From: Ginglymostoma cirratum | Taxonomy: Eukaryota | Assembly: GCA_024137785.1 (NCBI GenBank) | Contig: JAHRHZ010000018.1 | Span: forward strand, 35,566,166-35,630,165 | Direction: 5' to 3' | Length of the DNA stretch: 64,000 nucleotides | Shown: positions 27,440-42,011 of the stretch, in pieces | Layout of the letters: the number at the start of each line of letters is the position of its first letter | How positions within the stretch are numbered: the first letter of the stretch is position 1 | Translations under genes and position numbers: made by a program | The notes under the pieces: model-generated | Seen by the model: only the letters and a program-made list of their open reading frames with translations | Databases searched by the model: none | What the model was told of the DNA's origin: nothing

Positions 27440-30400
27440 CCTTCCTTGAGCAGCCAACAAGTGACAGAAAATACAAAGAAACTGATGGAAGAACAAAAAC
27501 TTCCAATAAAAAAAATACATTATTGAAATGAACAGTATGTGGAAATTGGAAGGGTAATGCTTCAATGTTTTATACAGTACTGCTAATCCTGACTGCTGCA
27601 AGAGGAGCACTCACTGTACTTTGCAATTAAATGTTAATAGTAATAGCTCTTGAAAGAGAGAGAATCCCCTTTATCACCTTCTACTAGACTGCATTTTAAA
27701 ACCACCACAAATCAAATCCACATGACCTACCTTTTCAAATGTGGCCATCTTTCACAGAATAAATAAATAAGAAATTGAGCTAATCCACTTCAGGTACCAA
27801 ATTGAACAGAAGAGATGGGTCATTTTATAACATAATTCAATTTATTCATGTATCCTGAAATGTTTAATGTCAAGAATTTGCAAAACAAAAATGTTGTGAT
27901 GTGCTGACACAGCTAAAAGGACACTGTCATTCTACTGCGATTGTTGTATGATTTCTTTACCAAGGTTCTCTCCATTCTACCGTGAAAAGTGCACCTTAGT
28001 GCGTGTGGTACTAGTCCAGTCTCAAAAGTATCAATGTATGTAAGGCTAATTCCAAGATACGGTCCTGTCAATTTGCTTCTTACCCGCTATGGCCTTACTG
28101 CAGTCACCATAAAGTCCATTTTAGGATACAATTTAGAGTGACTTTCTATCACTTTATATATATATATGCTTCTTTTCAAGGTTGTATTAAATGTTGGTAA
28201 CTTATCAAGTCTTTGCAACACCCTTTCCCTCTTCCTTTTTTTTAATCCATTTTTGGCTAAAGAAAAACTAATCATGCAGTATAATTGGGTGCTACTCCCT
28301 TTCACATATGGTGCCAGTATTGTACCAGCAAGTGTGGAATTATCCCAGTGGTGTTGTGTTCAGAACAGTAATTGTTCTAATGCAATATGTTCAATCGACA
28401 ATGCAGTATATCCTTTCTTTCAGAAATACAGTTCTTCAAACGTGGAATCAGTAGCTCCTGTTCTCACACAAATGCAGTATAATAACATCTTCAATAGCTC
28501 CTGTTTCTTTGCATCTGCCAAGATATGCCTCTGCCTTTACAGCTGCATCCATTATGCAGGTCTGTTTTAAATGTTTTAACATTTGCTTATGTGCAAGAGT
28601 TTAGATGACAGCTCAGTAATTGATAAGGGAAGTTAGAGACAGGTCTGACGGATGTTGTGCTGGTTTTGATATGGCATCTTTCCCCATGAGCCTTCAGACA
28701 AATAGCAGCCTTTTTGTTCTACTCCCAGCCACCCATATACACATATATCAATATGGCACTCCCATTTGTTGTGATGTGGTTGAATTTGATATTGGGGTGC
28801 TTCCTTACACTTGAAATACTGCTTCAAATAGGCAATTAGAGTGTCCACAATGGAAACCTTGAAAACTCTGACGCCTAATGAAGCACAAATTTGGACGTTG
28901 AACATGAAGGTATTTGAAGTTGGTGGTGCCCTCTGGGGAGATGATTGCCACTTGGGAGCAATCATATAGCTAGGTTACTCCTCCTTTTCTCCCCCGAAAT
29001 GAACTGTTTTTATATTTAGTTTTTTTTTACAGCAACATGGAAGAGAATCTTCATTTTGTCATGTTGATGCCAGCACCTGTTTTCGCAGTGGCTGCTCGTT
29101 CATTTGCCAGTGTTTGAATCAGTTATTTGATTGAAGAACTGTTGTGTTCTTTTAATATTCGTCCACAATTCTTTCCTCACCCCATCTGCTAGTGGAGAGT
29201 AGTTGTGGATCAGCTCGTCTGCAGGTACAGGTTTCACAAGAGGTAACTACAGCCTGCCTGCCAAAGCAAGCCCACTGAGAGCAGCTGTCGAGCCTCCCCT
29301 TTTTGCACTTTACCCTCTGTGGGCCCTTCGGATCTTCCTGGCTGGAGGCATAAATCATCGTCCTGTCACTAGCTTTTGGAGTTTATATTATGGAATGCCT
29401 AAATTCGTATACGGCCATTGGAATGAAAAGGCAGATAATAACTAACTTAAAAAAAATTCTTCTTGTGCATTTTAACAATATTACTTTTTTGTTTTTCAGT
29501 AAAATCTCCAGTAAGGTACAGTATTAGAATTTCTGAAGCTAATTGGGACAATCTGTGCGTTAATTTACTAATTTGCAATTATCGCCTGTTAATACACTAT
29601 TGTGATTCAGGTCATATTACTCAATGGCTGAAAATATTTGCATACCCAAATAGTGATTTGGTTCAGCTGATATTTTGAACAAGTTGATACGTTTCTAGGT
29701 TTTGAATTGGGATTTTCATCCCAGCCACCTGACAAAAACCAGGGAAGCAGGAAGTTAATTCAGCCGGGTGATCTACCCCTGGCGTTTTGCACCTTTCCTG
29801 TTTTCTGATCAAGTAGCAATGACACTTGCCTGAAACTTAATTTGCAGATCAGTCTTTGATTATGTCATTGGCCCCAGTTGTAATTGTAATTCTACAATTG
29901 TGGAAGCAGTTATAGCTTTTCCATCTAGTGAAGACAGAGGAATAGGAACCAGATCCCAAATAAATCTTTTTTAAACTTCCATTGCAAGTTTGGAATCTGC
30001 CAGCACTAGATAAAGCCTCTCTTATCTCGAACTTCTCTCCTTTTTGACCCACCTGAAACCCGCACTTGGTTGCCAGGGACCTTTTGGCATCCATGTTTCC
30101 AGACCCTGTTCATTTACCAGCTGCTATTTTGTCACCCACTTAGGGTGATCACTGACATGTGAACGCAGCCTTGGACTTAAAATCACTCAGCTCTTGCAAT
30201 GCCAAGGGTATGATATTCACCTTGCACTCCACCCATCCGATTCCACTATTGGCTAAAATCAGGACTCCTGTAACTGTGATCATTAAAAGGCTAGTTTTGA
30301 GTGTCGGACTATTGCTCCTATCAGTTGGAGCATGAAGTTACATTAGTGAAGCAGAGCAGTAATGATACTTTATTTGAAAATGCAGCTAATGTGGTCGCTC

Positions 30401-33400
30401 ATGTAACATACTTTAAAGAATGGATGCCACTCTCAGTTGAGCTTATTGTAAACTATACATGTATATTTGATTACTTTTTCATTGTGCCATGTTTGGTAAT
30501 GCAGAAGCACAATCTCCATTTCAGTAAAATGACATTTCAAGCTATACTTTAGAAATTTCTATGAAGCAGAGACCCTAAAATCTCATTTTAATTTAAAAAG
30601 GCACTAGCCATGAATAGCTTCTGACTAAACCAATTTGTGTAGTAAAATACATCAAGGTATTCCAATTACAAATTGATGAAGAAGTAACTGATGTAATATT
30701 TCCGGTCAACCTTTACTTCATCTTTTAGGAAGGTCTTTTCTAAAATATTTAAGCTCATTCACTTATGTTGGTTCATTGCCATTCACTTATGCACGATGTG
30801 CATGTCTATTTTTTTGTTCTCATTAATTAAATTGGAAAGCACATTTGCCTTTATGGAACTCCAAAATCAAAATGTAAATAAGTTTTTTAATAAGAGAATT
30901 TTTTAGTTCTCATTCTTTGACATTTACTTGCTAATTTGTCAGATGCTTTCTGTAATAACAAGCGGCTGGCCTTTTGCATTTCAAGTAGATAAAAACAAAA
31001 GAGAAAAAAAATGCTATGACATATTTTATCATATTGGACAAAAGGAAGATTTTTTTTAACCATTCCAAAGTTGTAAAGTAAGTCCCCAATGATTTTCTAT
31101 TGATCAGGTAAGCATTTCCTGAACATGTTGTACTGTCAGGAGCTAATGGTGATTTTTGTCAAGTGTTGCCTTCTGGGAGCTTGAATACAATTAAGGGGTA
31201 AGTGTTGGTGAATATTTTCGTACCCTTTGGAGGATCTCTAGGGAGGAACTGGCAAGGGACACAAGTCATTTCCAGCTGCACCATATTCTCCACAAGTAGT
31301 TTTTTTTCCCAGCGAAAATAAAACAATGCAGCTTTTGACTGGCAGACTTCCAAAATAACTTCCTCATTTTAATCCCTTCGTGCTGTTTTCCTGCCTAAAG
31401 ATATTTTTATATTTTGTGTCATATGTGAAGTAAGTTGATTATATTCTTTGACCATTTGTCTTTTGTACTTGCACAGTGTTGGAATCTGTTGCTTTGAATG
31501 CCTTATTTCATTGAAATAGGTCTTTTGCTTTAAAGTTTTTAAATCTTCAAAAAGAGCCATTTTGCAGAATAAGCATCCAAATTTACAGCCAATTAGACTA
31601 AAGATTTAGTATTCCTACTGTTGGTTAACAAACGTAACCCCAGAAGAGTATTTTATCGTCCGGTCAATATCAATACTAGTTTTCGTGGTCTCAAGTTTTT
31701 TTGGTTTAAAGTAATCTAAATAATTTGGAAGAGGTGAAGATTCAGTGGCACTATCAGAGACAAGAGGGAATGAATATGTACGACAGCTATCGTATTTTTA
31801 AGTGAACTTCGTAATTGCCATAGCCACCATGCATGCACCTGATTATAAAATATCCATGAGATTCTGAATGCATCTTAGTGAAAGATGGACAAAGCATTAT
31901 TCAATTCAACCATACTTACATTTATGTAGATTGTTGCTTCTGGTTCATGAAATCATGACAAACATAGCAAAACAGCTTTGTAAATAAAGCTCAGAATTAT
32001 GTTTGCAATGATTCTCTGTTAATCTTAACAGATTTTTCTACTATAAATATTTTCATTAATTTTCAGACTGGTGGCATTGATATTGTTTAAAAGATATAGA
32101 ACTTATTTCTGCATAATCTGTTGTCATTTTCATTGATAATTTCCAAAGTGCCAGAACTTTTATTTTCAAAGAAAGGTTAGCCAACTACAGCCTAAAAAGT
32201 TTTTAAATGATATTTTCTGATTATCTTTAGACAAGCAAAGTGATAAATTCGATTGGATTTTTTTATAAACATATTTAAAGCTTGTGCATATGATTTTGGA
32301 TATCCAAATGATAATTACTGAAGGATTTTCCTTCAGTATTTTAAAGAACCAAACACTTTAACAATAGTTAATTTATCATGCAAAAATAAATTCAACTGAA
32401 GCCTCGAAAGCAATTTGCAAATAGCTTTAAGATTCCAAATTTGCATCTTTAAATCTCACTTTGTGCTTCAATTCTTAATAATTCAATTTTTTTAGCAAAT
32501 TCAGTTAAAGAAACGGCAAATGTTGAATTAATGAATGAATTTGCTTTCAATGACATAAATACTTCCTTCTAGAAATGATCAACTCCAGACGTGAAGCTCC
32601 GGCAGCTATTTTTTGTCTTGATATTGAATTGATATTAACCATAGCAAATACAGTAATTATACAACGTATTGACTTTAAACCCATTATATAAGCTAGCAAT
32701 TTTTTCAAATTATGAATATTATCCCAGAATTATGTCATCTATAACAAAAGTGCAAGCCATCACAAATTTAATATGTTCACAGTCAGGTTTTTATTTAAGC
32801 GTTTTGTGTTTTGTACGCTTTGTACACAGAAGCACAGTAGAAACATGCACGTTTTGAATACTGAAGCCACTCAGAAAGCATTAGCGTAAAAGAAGCAATC
32901 ATATCACTGCCTAAAATATTCACCTAAGGCCCACAAGCTGTTTAAATGTCTAATTTGGGCTATATTGGGAGTTGCTAAAGTATGGAGATAAGATTAATCA
33001 TACACAAGCAAGTAAAGCTATGGCTAAGACCTCTCATTCTGCATTCCGAGTGTCAAAATGTTGTCACAAGACACAAATGGAATGTGGCGATCTCTGAATG
33101 GTAATCTTAACATTGGCTCTGGTTAAACACAATCTATGATAGTTTGATTTGAATACCCTGATTACCTCTGAAAAGAATGTTCATTCAAAAGGCATAAACT
33201 GTTTCGGCTTGTATTGCACTAAAACCAACCATTCAGTCCAGGCATAACTTTCTTCCAAGGTAGTGCAATGTACATGCATTTTGTTTTATAACTGCAAATG
33301 CAAAGAAAATATTCTTTTGCATTTTGCTTTCTTAGAATTGAATAGAGACTAACTGTTCCTTACATTATTTGTTAGTACACAACAATTTTGCACAGTATCA

Positions 33401-36400
33401 ACTGCAACATACCACACATAGTTCTCAGTAACCTTTTAAGAAGCTAGGATTAGTAAGTGTAACCGTGAGAAAGCTAAAGAGCAGACAAATGGGTCATGAG
33501 TTAATACGATTTTGATGGCTGCAAGAAAATGCAATACTTTATTGCTTCATACAATAGCTTGTTAGCACAACATAGTCTTCCTTGCCTCTTAAAGCATTAA
33601 CAACTGCAAATGCCTGCAATGCACTCTTGACATCAGCCTGGCTGTAAGTCTCATGGCATGCTCACCAGGGATGAATAGTAGTTGTTGGCATAGCAAACTG
33701 TTTGTGACCTCTTAGCACTCTAGACAGCTGTTAAGACCCTGCCTTTAATAGGCAAGGTTAGCAGAGTGTAGGCTTCTTCTCAATGTACTGACCAGATCCC
33801 CTATTGCATAAAGAGGAGAACAAAAGACTGATGACAGCTCCTGATGTCTGAGCATTTCAAAAGCTGGCTCAAAAGTTCATCATGATAGACTGGATTAGTG
33901 CACATTACAGCATCGTTTGCCAAATATGGATGCAGTATCCTACAAGCATTTCTATGCACATCAGGTTATCCATCATACAAGCTATGCTAGCTGCACCTGG
34001 AAAGATGTTTCTTCTTGTACAGTTATTTTAGATGCCGTGATAAATTCAGCTATTAGAATTTGAAATCGCCCCCTTTTTGCATCTGCATTCTACTGGTCCT
34101 GCTAGGTAATATCATCAAAATTACTCAGGTCAAAATCCAAGTTAATAAAAGTGAGGAAATAATTTTAGGAAATGAAAACTGTTTTAACACATTTAAGGCG
34201 CATCAAATCTGTTTCAAATGTGGCATGATGACAGCTGTTAATGGAAATTAGGGCCCTCCCACTAGAATTACTGGTGATTAGAAAATTCAAAAAACAGTAG
34301 TATACAGACACATAATAATTTATGAATGCTGTTTTATTGAACCTGGTTAGATTATTAATATCATCACACAGGAGTTTAACGTTGGCATTTTGCAGTAGCT
34401 TATTACATTGCATTCTGAACACACTGTGTATTGGGGAATTCTGCAACTGTGCCCATATTCAAACTAAGAAGAAAAAAGATGTCACAGAGGGTCACAAATT
34501 ATGTTCAGGTTTGACAGATTGTAGCCTTGCTTTACAAGAGCAGTAACATCTCATTTGTCACAGTTTGATCAGTAAGTGCGTGAATGCAAGCGGAAGGCTT
34601 TCCATCTCTGCACCAATTTAATAGTTCTGAGGCTGTCACCGGGCTAGAGCCACCTGCCCAAGAATTGCAATACTGATCTGTTTTAATTTAATCGGCCGTC
34701 AATCGGAATGAAATCATAAATCGTCTCCTTTGATTCCTTTGGCAGTATATTCTTTTCAGTGGTATTGCAGTGTTAGAAAAAAAGCAGTTTTTTGAAGGCT
34801 TATGTAGGCAGTATTTAATACCCCTGAAAATCAAAACCTAGTGGACATACCATTGGGATTCTCGCACATTAGATTTGTCTTACAGTATTGCTTCAGCCAC
34901 CAACCGAAAAGAATGCCTGGCCTGGGAATTTACTGAAAATGGCGAAATATATGTGGGGTTATGTGGATTATTTTTTGAGGGGCTGGTGGGGGAAGTAGGC
35001 TGAACAACTGTTTTGTACTAAGGAAACGTACCAATTTTGAATTTGCAAATTTGAGCAACAAAATAAACCCTGACACTTGGATGCCCTACTGACAAACTTA
35101 GTCACCGCACCAGATAAGATAAATGCAACCCAAAGCAGATTTTCCCCTCCCCCATGATGAAAATAGCAAATGACAGCACATGCCCTGAAGGAGGCTGCTG
35201 TCTCTTTAAGTGAGTTTACTAAATGCATTTCAGTTTTGAGAGTGAATGGAGTTAGTCTATTGTACATGTTTAATTCCCTATTAGTCCCCAGTGTTTACTG
35301 CTGTGGCCAAGCTGGGGCACCTGTAAATTGGGTTAAATACAACACATTGTCTAAACATATCACAGTTACAATCATTCACCTCGAATGGTGATAAGAAACC
35401 TCTTGTATTATTGAATCTACAATGGGGAGGCTCTGCAGGCACAGAGATAACAGCTAGTTATTTCTCCTTAAGTAGAAAGAAAAACAGTGGCTTGAGCTTG
35501 CTGTTATGACTGTGACATTAATTATAACTCACTGAATTGTTTTATGCTGCTGGAGTGGTTTTGAGATTAAGCTCGCCCTCCAAGCTCCCGTGCATATGGC
35601 TCTGATTAAAAATATTTGTCATTCAAGAAAACTTTCATTTTCAAGCAGAGATGATGTATTTATTTTTCTCTGTGTAATCTTGCAGTTTTAATTAGTGGCA
35701 CGCCAAAAAAACAGATTGGAATTATTTCAGCCGAGCAATTAAAATGGAATGCTAAGTGAAAGCTATTTCAGGTCCCCTATAGGGATTTAATGTTAACAAT
35801 GTGTACTTTTTCTTTGGTGAATCCTTGATAAGCAGGATGGCTAGACAGCTTTCATTATCATCAGAAGCACTTCATGGTCATTCTTTAGTGTTTGAAAGGA
35901 ATATTTGTTCATTGTAAATGGTCAAATTTTTTCAGGCTTTTGAAATATAATTTACAATTTTTAATTTGATCCAATTTGATTAAATCATTAATTAGCTTGG
36001 AGTTAATTTTCTGGAAAATAAACTGTGCAATAAGGGTTAGCATTATTAAGTTTACTATGCACGAGGTGTAAGTAGCAGGAAATAAGCTGACACAAACACA
36101 GGCAGACATGTTGTTAAACTTGGTGACAACTAACTATAGCATTTTCTGTCATTACCTCTGCAGTCACCCATCGTAGAAAGACACCAGATGGTGTCATTGT
36201 GGTAAAGCACAGAGGAAACAGGATACATTGAGTGATATCACAACAGTTGTGTGTAATAAATAAGCTTATATTGCCAATATTTGGTTTCAGTATGAATACC
36301 AAGTTAGCTCTCCAGTGGTCCAAAATGTTGTGCAGCATTTGGTAGCTATTTTTAATTCAAGAGGGTTTTCTGCTTTGTAGTCAAAAATAAGTTATCTGAA

Positions 36401-39400
36401 ATCAATTAAAATATGCAGTGACACCAAAAGTACTGTATGTATCAGTTCATTTTACTCTTAAAAGACATGCTTAGGCAGCTGAATTTTTTCATGTACCCAT
36501 GCTTCCCACTCAGTGGTAGCAGTTGCAGCCAATTTTGAAGTATTCTTTCCTCTTGAAACACACAGTTTAAAATCTGAAAAATGTTGCAGTAAACTCACTG
36601 GTGATTTTACTGCCGATACTGTTACCCACAGAAACTGTTAGCTGAACCGACTATCTCCTGAGCAGTACCGTTATGCCCTTTAGTACTGTAATCAGACTGC
36701 CAATGCCAATATCAGCTCAGTAGTTGCTGTTTAGAATTTAGTTACCTGGTGAATATGGAGAACTGCCTGTCTGAAATCTCAATTATTTAGCCGCGAAGAA
36801 AATTCTGAGCGTGCATTCATCCACAAGCTCTCGTGTACCAATTTTGTGTGCACCCGAAGTTTTTGTCCTTTAAACATAATTTCTGTCTTGTGCTTCAATT
36901 TGTCATACCCAAGAAAAGCAAATACTTGCTCACAAAGGCTGGCAAAACCCAATATGGACATGAAGGAAATATTAACTGAGGTTTTTCTGAGATACTTCAA
37001 AAGTAATGAAAAGAAGCATTTTGAATCCGTGTTGAGTTCATAAAGAATCATATTGAAAGATTAACATTCCAAAGGCTATTTCTATGTTAATTCTAAAAGT
37101 GCTATTTAAACAGAAGAGTGACAGCAGAATAAGCTTTGGATAATCATTTTGTACAGCTCTTTATCCAATTCACTTTAGCCATAATGGTGTCTGTGTCCAC
37201 AAACATTTTATACAGCTGCATTTTTGTCTCCCAATCCATCCCTAAAACAAAGAGTTTGACAGAAGTTCTACCAGCTGCTCACGATATTAAGTATTTTAAC
37301 TTTGCAACATCTATCCATTCTTTTAAATCGCTGTAAGCATGACATTTCTACAGTGGGAATATTAAAATATAAGCTTTAAAGGATGATTTATAGCGAGTGA
37401 ATACATTTCTGTTTTATTGCTACCCATCCATACTTTAATAGGACAGTCTTGCTGTAACAAAATTAGTAAGTATTGATTGGAGAAGACATATTGAGAATAA
37501 TGGCAGCAACAACCTAGTGGTATAGTGATAAGAATTCAGAGGTTGCAGGTTAGAACCCAAGGGCCACCTGACACTTGACTCCGCCAACCTTGAGTGTGAT
37601 GCATTTTGTCAGTTCCTATCAAGACAACGAGAAAGAAAACCTCACATTGTCTTCAATAGAAGGTAATAAACACATAATCCAAATCTGCCCTTTTGCGACC
37701 ATTTCTTATGTTTTGAAATGAGATTAAATATGGCTTTAGTTTGATCTTGCTATGGCAAGAGGGTAAGTGACCATTAGGGGACTCTTCAGTAAAGGCTGAG
37801 AAAACAAGTTCAGTGGGGAGAAGAGAGATATTACTATCTTCAAATAGAATTGCAGCATTTATTCACTTCTATATGCATGTTTACCAATCTAAAGAAAACA
37901 AAGTAACTTTCCCTGAATGTGTTTTCTCCAACTGGATGGTAGAAAAGAGGTAGTGACACAATGATGTCGCAAATATGTAAACTTTCAGTGAAAAGCATTA
38001 ATGAGGAATGAAAAGAAACAGTCCTGAATGATCAGTCAGAAAAAAACTTCAGTAAATCAACAAAACTCTTCAAGATATTTTTAACAGTCGCCATCTTATT
38101 TTCTCAATGTGGCCAAAGATTAATTTATGCAAATTGAGATTATAACACTTTAAAATTGTAAATTTTTGCATTGTAATGTTTCTAAACAATATTTCTATTG
38201 AAGACTTGTACCTGTTTCCAAAGCCTTGATTGTTTTTATGACTAGCCCAGCTCCCAAGTGGGGATGGTTTGGAAGGCATTGGAAGGGGAGGCGGGGAAAT
38301 ACGAGATAATTGGATTGGACCACTGAGATGAGATGCAGCTCCTAAGGTCTGTCCTTTTCTGTATTTAATATTTAAATTTTGTGGTATTATTTACACTTAA
38401 GAGCAGAATTGATGTTTGTTTGGGTGGTGAAACAGGGTTGGAAGGAGGCATAGGACTTTATCTGCAGTATAGGCTCAGGGGAGAACTATTGCAAGACTGA
38501 AGAAGGAAAACATAGTTCTGGAGTGATGAGGTTATGTAGGCAGTTTCCATTGTAATTGTGAACTCAGGATTAACGATGAAAATAGTTTCTTTTTTAAAAA
38601 AGGTGAGACAACAGAAAGCGGCTTTCACAGACAGAAACTGCATGCAGGGACCAGGGCAGAATTTGCATTTTTTTAGACTGAGTGTTGAAGGAGAGGGTGT
38701 ACAGTTAGGAGGGATTTCCACTTGGAGGCAGTTCTGGTTTTCCCACACAATTACATTCTTCTCAGCTCGGTACATGTGCAGATGCAGGTAAAGCACCACA
38801 TTTTTCAGACAGAATACTCTTTCCCCATTCACTAGAACCTTCCATGCTGCATCATTCAGGCACAATTTCCAAAAGGCACCTGGACAGCAATTGACTCACT
38901 GCAAGCCAGGAGCATCATTCAGCCTCTACTCATCATCCCAAACCACTGCTTCAGATGTCAGATGTCAGGCGAAACACAATGCCGTGAGTTAGTGGGAAAT
39001 CCCTATAGGTTCTCCTGAAGGCTGTCAAAAAGAGAAGAGAAATTCTTTTCCTTATGGATGGTGACAAAAGACTGACAAAGCAGCTTGGACAAGGGTGATG
39101 GAGGTCAGCGCCCATAAGAAAAGATCAAGAGAACCTACCTCCAGTGCAACAAGAGGATCTGCTGTAGTTGGCCAGGGTGTGTAACACTGGCTACAGAATG
39201 CCTCAAGCTCCTGTGAGTTTAAGCTAGCATTGTAGAGTTGCCACTGGAGAGGACCTTAACGCAGGAGGTTGGGTACCAGGTATCTCCATCAGATGCTTGC
39301 TGTGCAGTTAGTGTCCGTCACCTCATTGCAGCTACCAGTGCTGCGTTCCTGGCATCACAATGGCACTGCCTCTTGCAAAGCTGGCAAGATTCACCCTTAA

Positions 39401-39929
39401 AACATAAAGGAGCTACAACACTCAGTAGCTCACACATCAGGTCACTGACTTTATCATAACTGGAAATATGATTCTGTGATTCTACGCACATGTGTTTGAT
39501 GGTGGTTTTCCAAAGACTGATATGAGACAAGGACACAGCCACAAATGATGGCCTTCTGTGCCATGATGGTATCAGTGTGGATACCTCATTTGGACAGGCT
39601 TGTTCACCCATCAGACTTCACCCTGAACATTGTAAGTGTTTAACAGTCACAAGCCAGACTGCATATGACTGCAGCTTATCATTAGCTTAACGGAGAAGCT
39701 TAAACCACTCCCCCCCCCACTCTATAAATGTTTATACAAAGAAATCTCCTGGTTATGAAGGAGCTAAGTAACTCATGAGGTTTCTAGTCACAGGAGTTGG
39801 AGGAAGAAATCTACCCTGCACGGTACATGTCTCATATATGCATTTAGGTTTGTGAACCTCAATTCCCATAATTGAGATAGCACTGGATCTGCCAGAGGGA
39901 AGCATGTCATGAATGTGCATTAATACAAT

Positions 39930-40562
39930 CACAGGCACAATCTTGTTAGCCAAATTAATTGAGGCTATCATGAATTAGTCAGGCACTTACCTTGACAACG
40001 ATGGGTCTCACACTTGGTCAAGTCCCCAGTACAGTGGAAATCCTGGCCAAAGAGCGACTGGTCAATTGGAAGCAGTTGACCGTTGACTGCTGCAGTGCCA
40101 CCAGGGGGCAGTAGCAACCAATAGTCCTGCATCTGGGACAGCAGGTGGGATCAGTCTTGGAGCCTGAGGTAAAGGTTAATGTTGGCAGGGTGGGGACAGT
40201 GGGGAAAGCAAGTAGGCCAAAAGCAAAGGTAGGGGACTAGCTTCCTGTTGACACTCCCTTTGGAACGTCAGGTATTTTGATAGGGCTCCTGGCAAAGCCA
40301 AAGTGATTCAGTGGGAGGCCTTCTTGCGTGGCAAGTGCCCTACTTGATGCTGGGTGAATACCAGTAACTCCAGGCTGGTGTTATAAGCGGTCCTTAAGTG
40401 ACAACATTAACTGCCTAAGGTGGTAACACGTGGGAAGACTGCACTTCACCCTTCCTGAACTTGGTTTTGGTGGCGAGTGTGTGTTCATGAAGGGAGAGTG
40501 GTCTCCAACTTCTCTCATATCCTCTGCCTGTGAATTTGCTTGGCAAACATGAAATTTTTCCC
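39930..40562. mobile_element. Degenerate non-autonomous DNA-transposon-like repeat
   Basis: CCAAATTAATTGAGGC and GTCCTTAAGTGAC..TTAACTGCC motifs, terminal GAAATTTTTCCC. Boundaries approximate. Confidence 0.4.
40098..40111 (+). promoter_or_regulatory. CTCF core motif match CCACCAGGGGGCAG
   Basis: Fits the CCASYAGRKGGCRS consensus; binding untested. Confidence 0.35.
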
Positions 40563-42011
40563 AGGGTTTTTGATATATTGTATAAGTGCCTGTGACTTAT
40601 CAATTTGATATCTTTTTGTCGAAGGATAGTTTGATGAAGCTAACTCTGCGACCACAAGGTTGTGTTTGCCATTGGGAGCTACGATACAGACGACTTGCTC
40701 ATCTGCCTGTGCTTATTTTATTTATTTACATGAAATTTTGCCTGTAAAATGACACTGAATAAAAGACAAAATTCAGATGAAGCCTTTTCAGAAAGGCAAA
40801 ACACAACCAGTGAAATTTTATTTAAATCAGTGTTTTTTTTATGGTCATTTCTTCAGTAAAATGAAAGCTATAAGTGGCCCTGTGGCTAAAATCTAAAACA
40901 GCCTTGTTGTTTATTGGGGTGAGAAGAGGTGATCAACTGACTACATATATATTAATCGATTACAAATTTTTAATTGACTAATGATCATCCATTTGATTAA
41001 AGGTTTGGCTGTCATGTTTGTTTATGCTATTGATATTCATTGTGTTTCACAATTAATCAGTGGTTTAAATTGAAATAATTGCAATCTTCATTAGTATTAA
41101 TTGAATCTCTTCATGCGTTTTGGAAAGTTTTAACCCTTACCCTGCTGAACAGAAATAAATCTGTCACACATGTTCACATGTATCGTTCAAAACTAAAAAA
41201 AAACCTCGTCATTTCCCATCCAGAAGAAAATTTGGCTGTTTATGAAATTCAGAGTGTAAGATAAAATCAGTAATTTCTATGCTAAGAACTTAAGCATTTT
41301 ACCTATGTTGAGTGGAAAAGGAAAACAGTTTAATTAACTAATGGCACCATTGTCAGATTAAATGATGAGGTTGATCCCATCTGGAATTTGTATGGATTTG
41401 CCAGAGAGACTGAGGCACTGGCATGAAGATAGCTGCAGAGGGCTAGAACCGTTTTCATGTTCAGGCCTTTTCAGCCATAAGTTGGGAGAGCTGCCAAGCA
41501 TTCACAAAGTCGACAGCTCCTTGTCAAACCAGGCTGCCGCATAAGCTAGCCACACTGGATACTGATTGTAAAAGAGGAAGATGTGCACGAACTGGGGGCC
41601 CATTCAGTATTTTGCAGGCCACGCAATTGACTGTGCGAAAGTGTAACCAGTGCTGAGCATCCATGGGCAGAGCTTGTATATAACAAAAGTGAAGTTGTCA
41701 CATGAAATGTTATAGATTAGGTCATTGGTTTGTATAAACAACATTGGCAGTTCCTGAACTGCTGTGGCAAAGCCTTGCAGTCCTCAGCAGAGTGGATGTG
41801 GAGACTTGCTGTAGTCTGCCTCAAGCCACACAACCTCACCGTGAGGGAATAACTTTTTGGATAGTTATCATCTATATAGGAGGAGTAGGAGGAAGAGGAG
41901 AAGAAAGACTAAAAAAAACCAAGGAACCTCAACAGTCCTTCTCAGTGAAGGAAATCCCCTCCAAAATATGGGACCTGATTTATACAGATTATATGGTAGA
42001 GATTGTTTGTA

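Noticed and set aside
37500-37640. Faint tRNA-SINE-like remnants (also about 30100-30235, 39220-39380, 56520-56605)
   Set aside because: Too decayed to assign a family or boundaries by eye.
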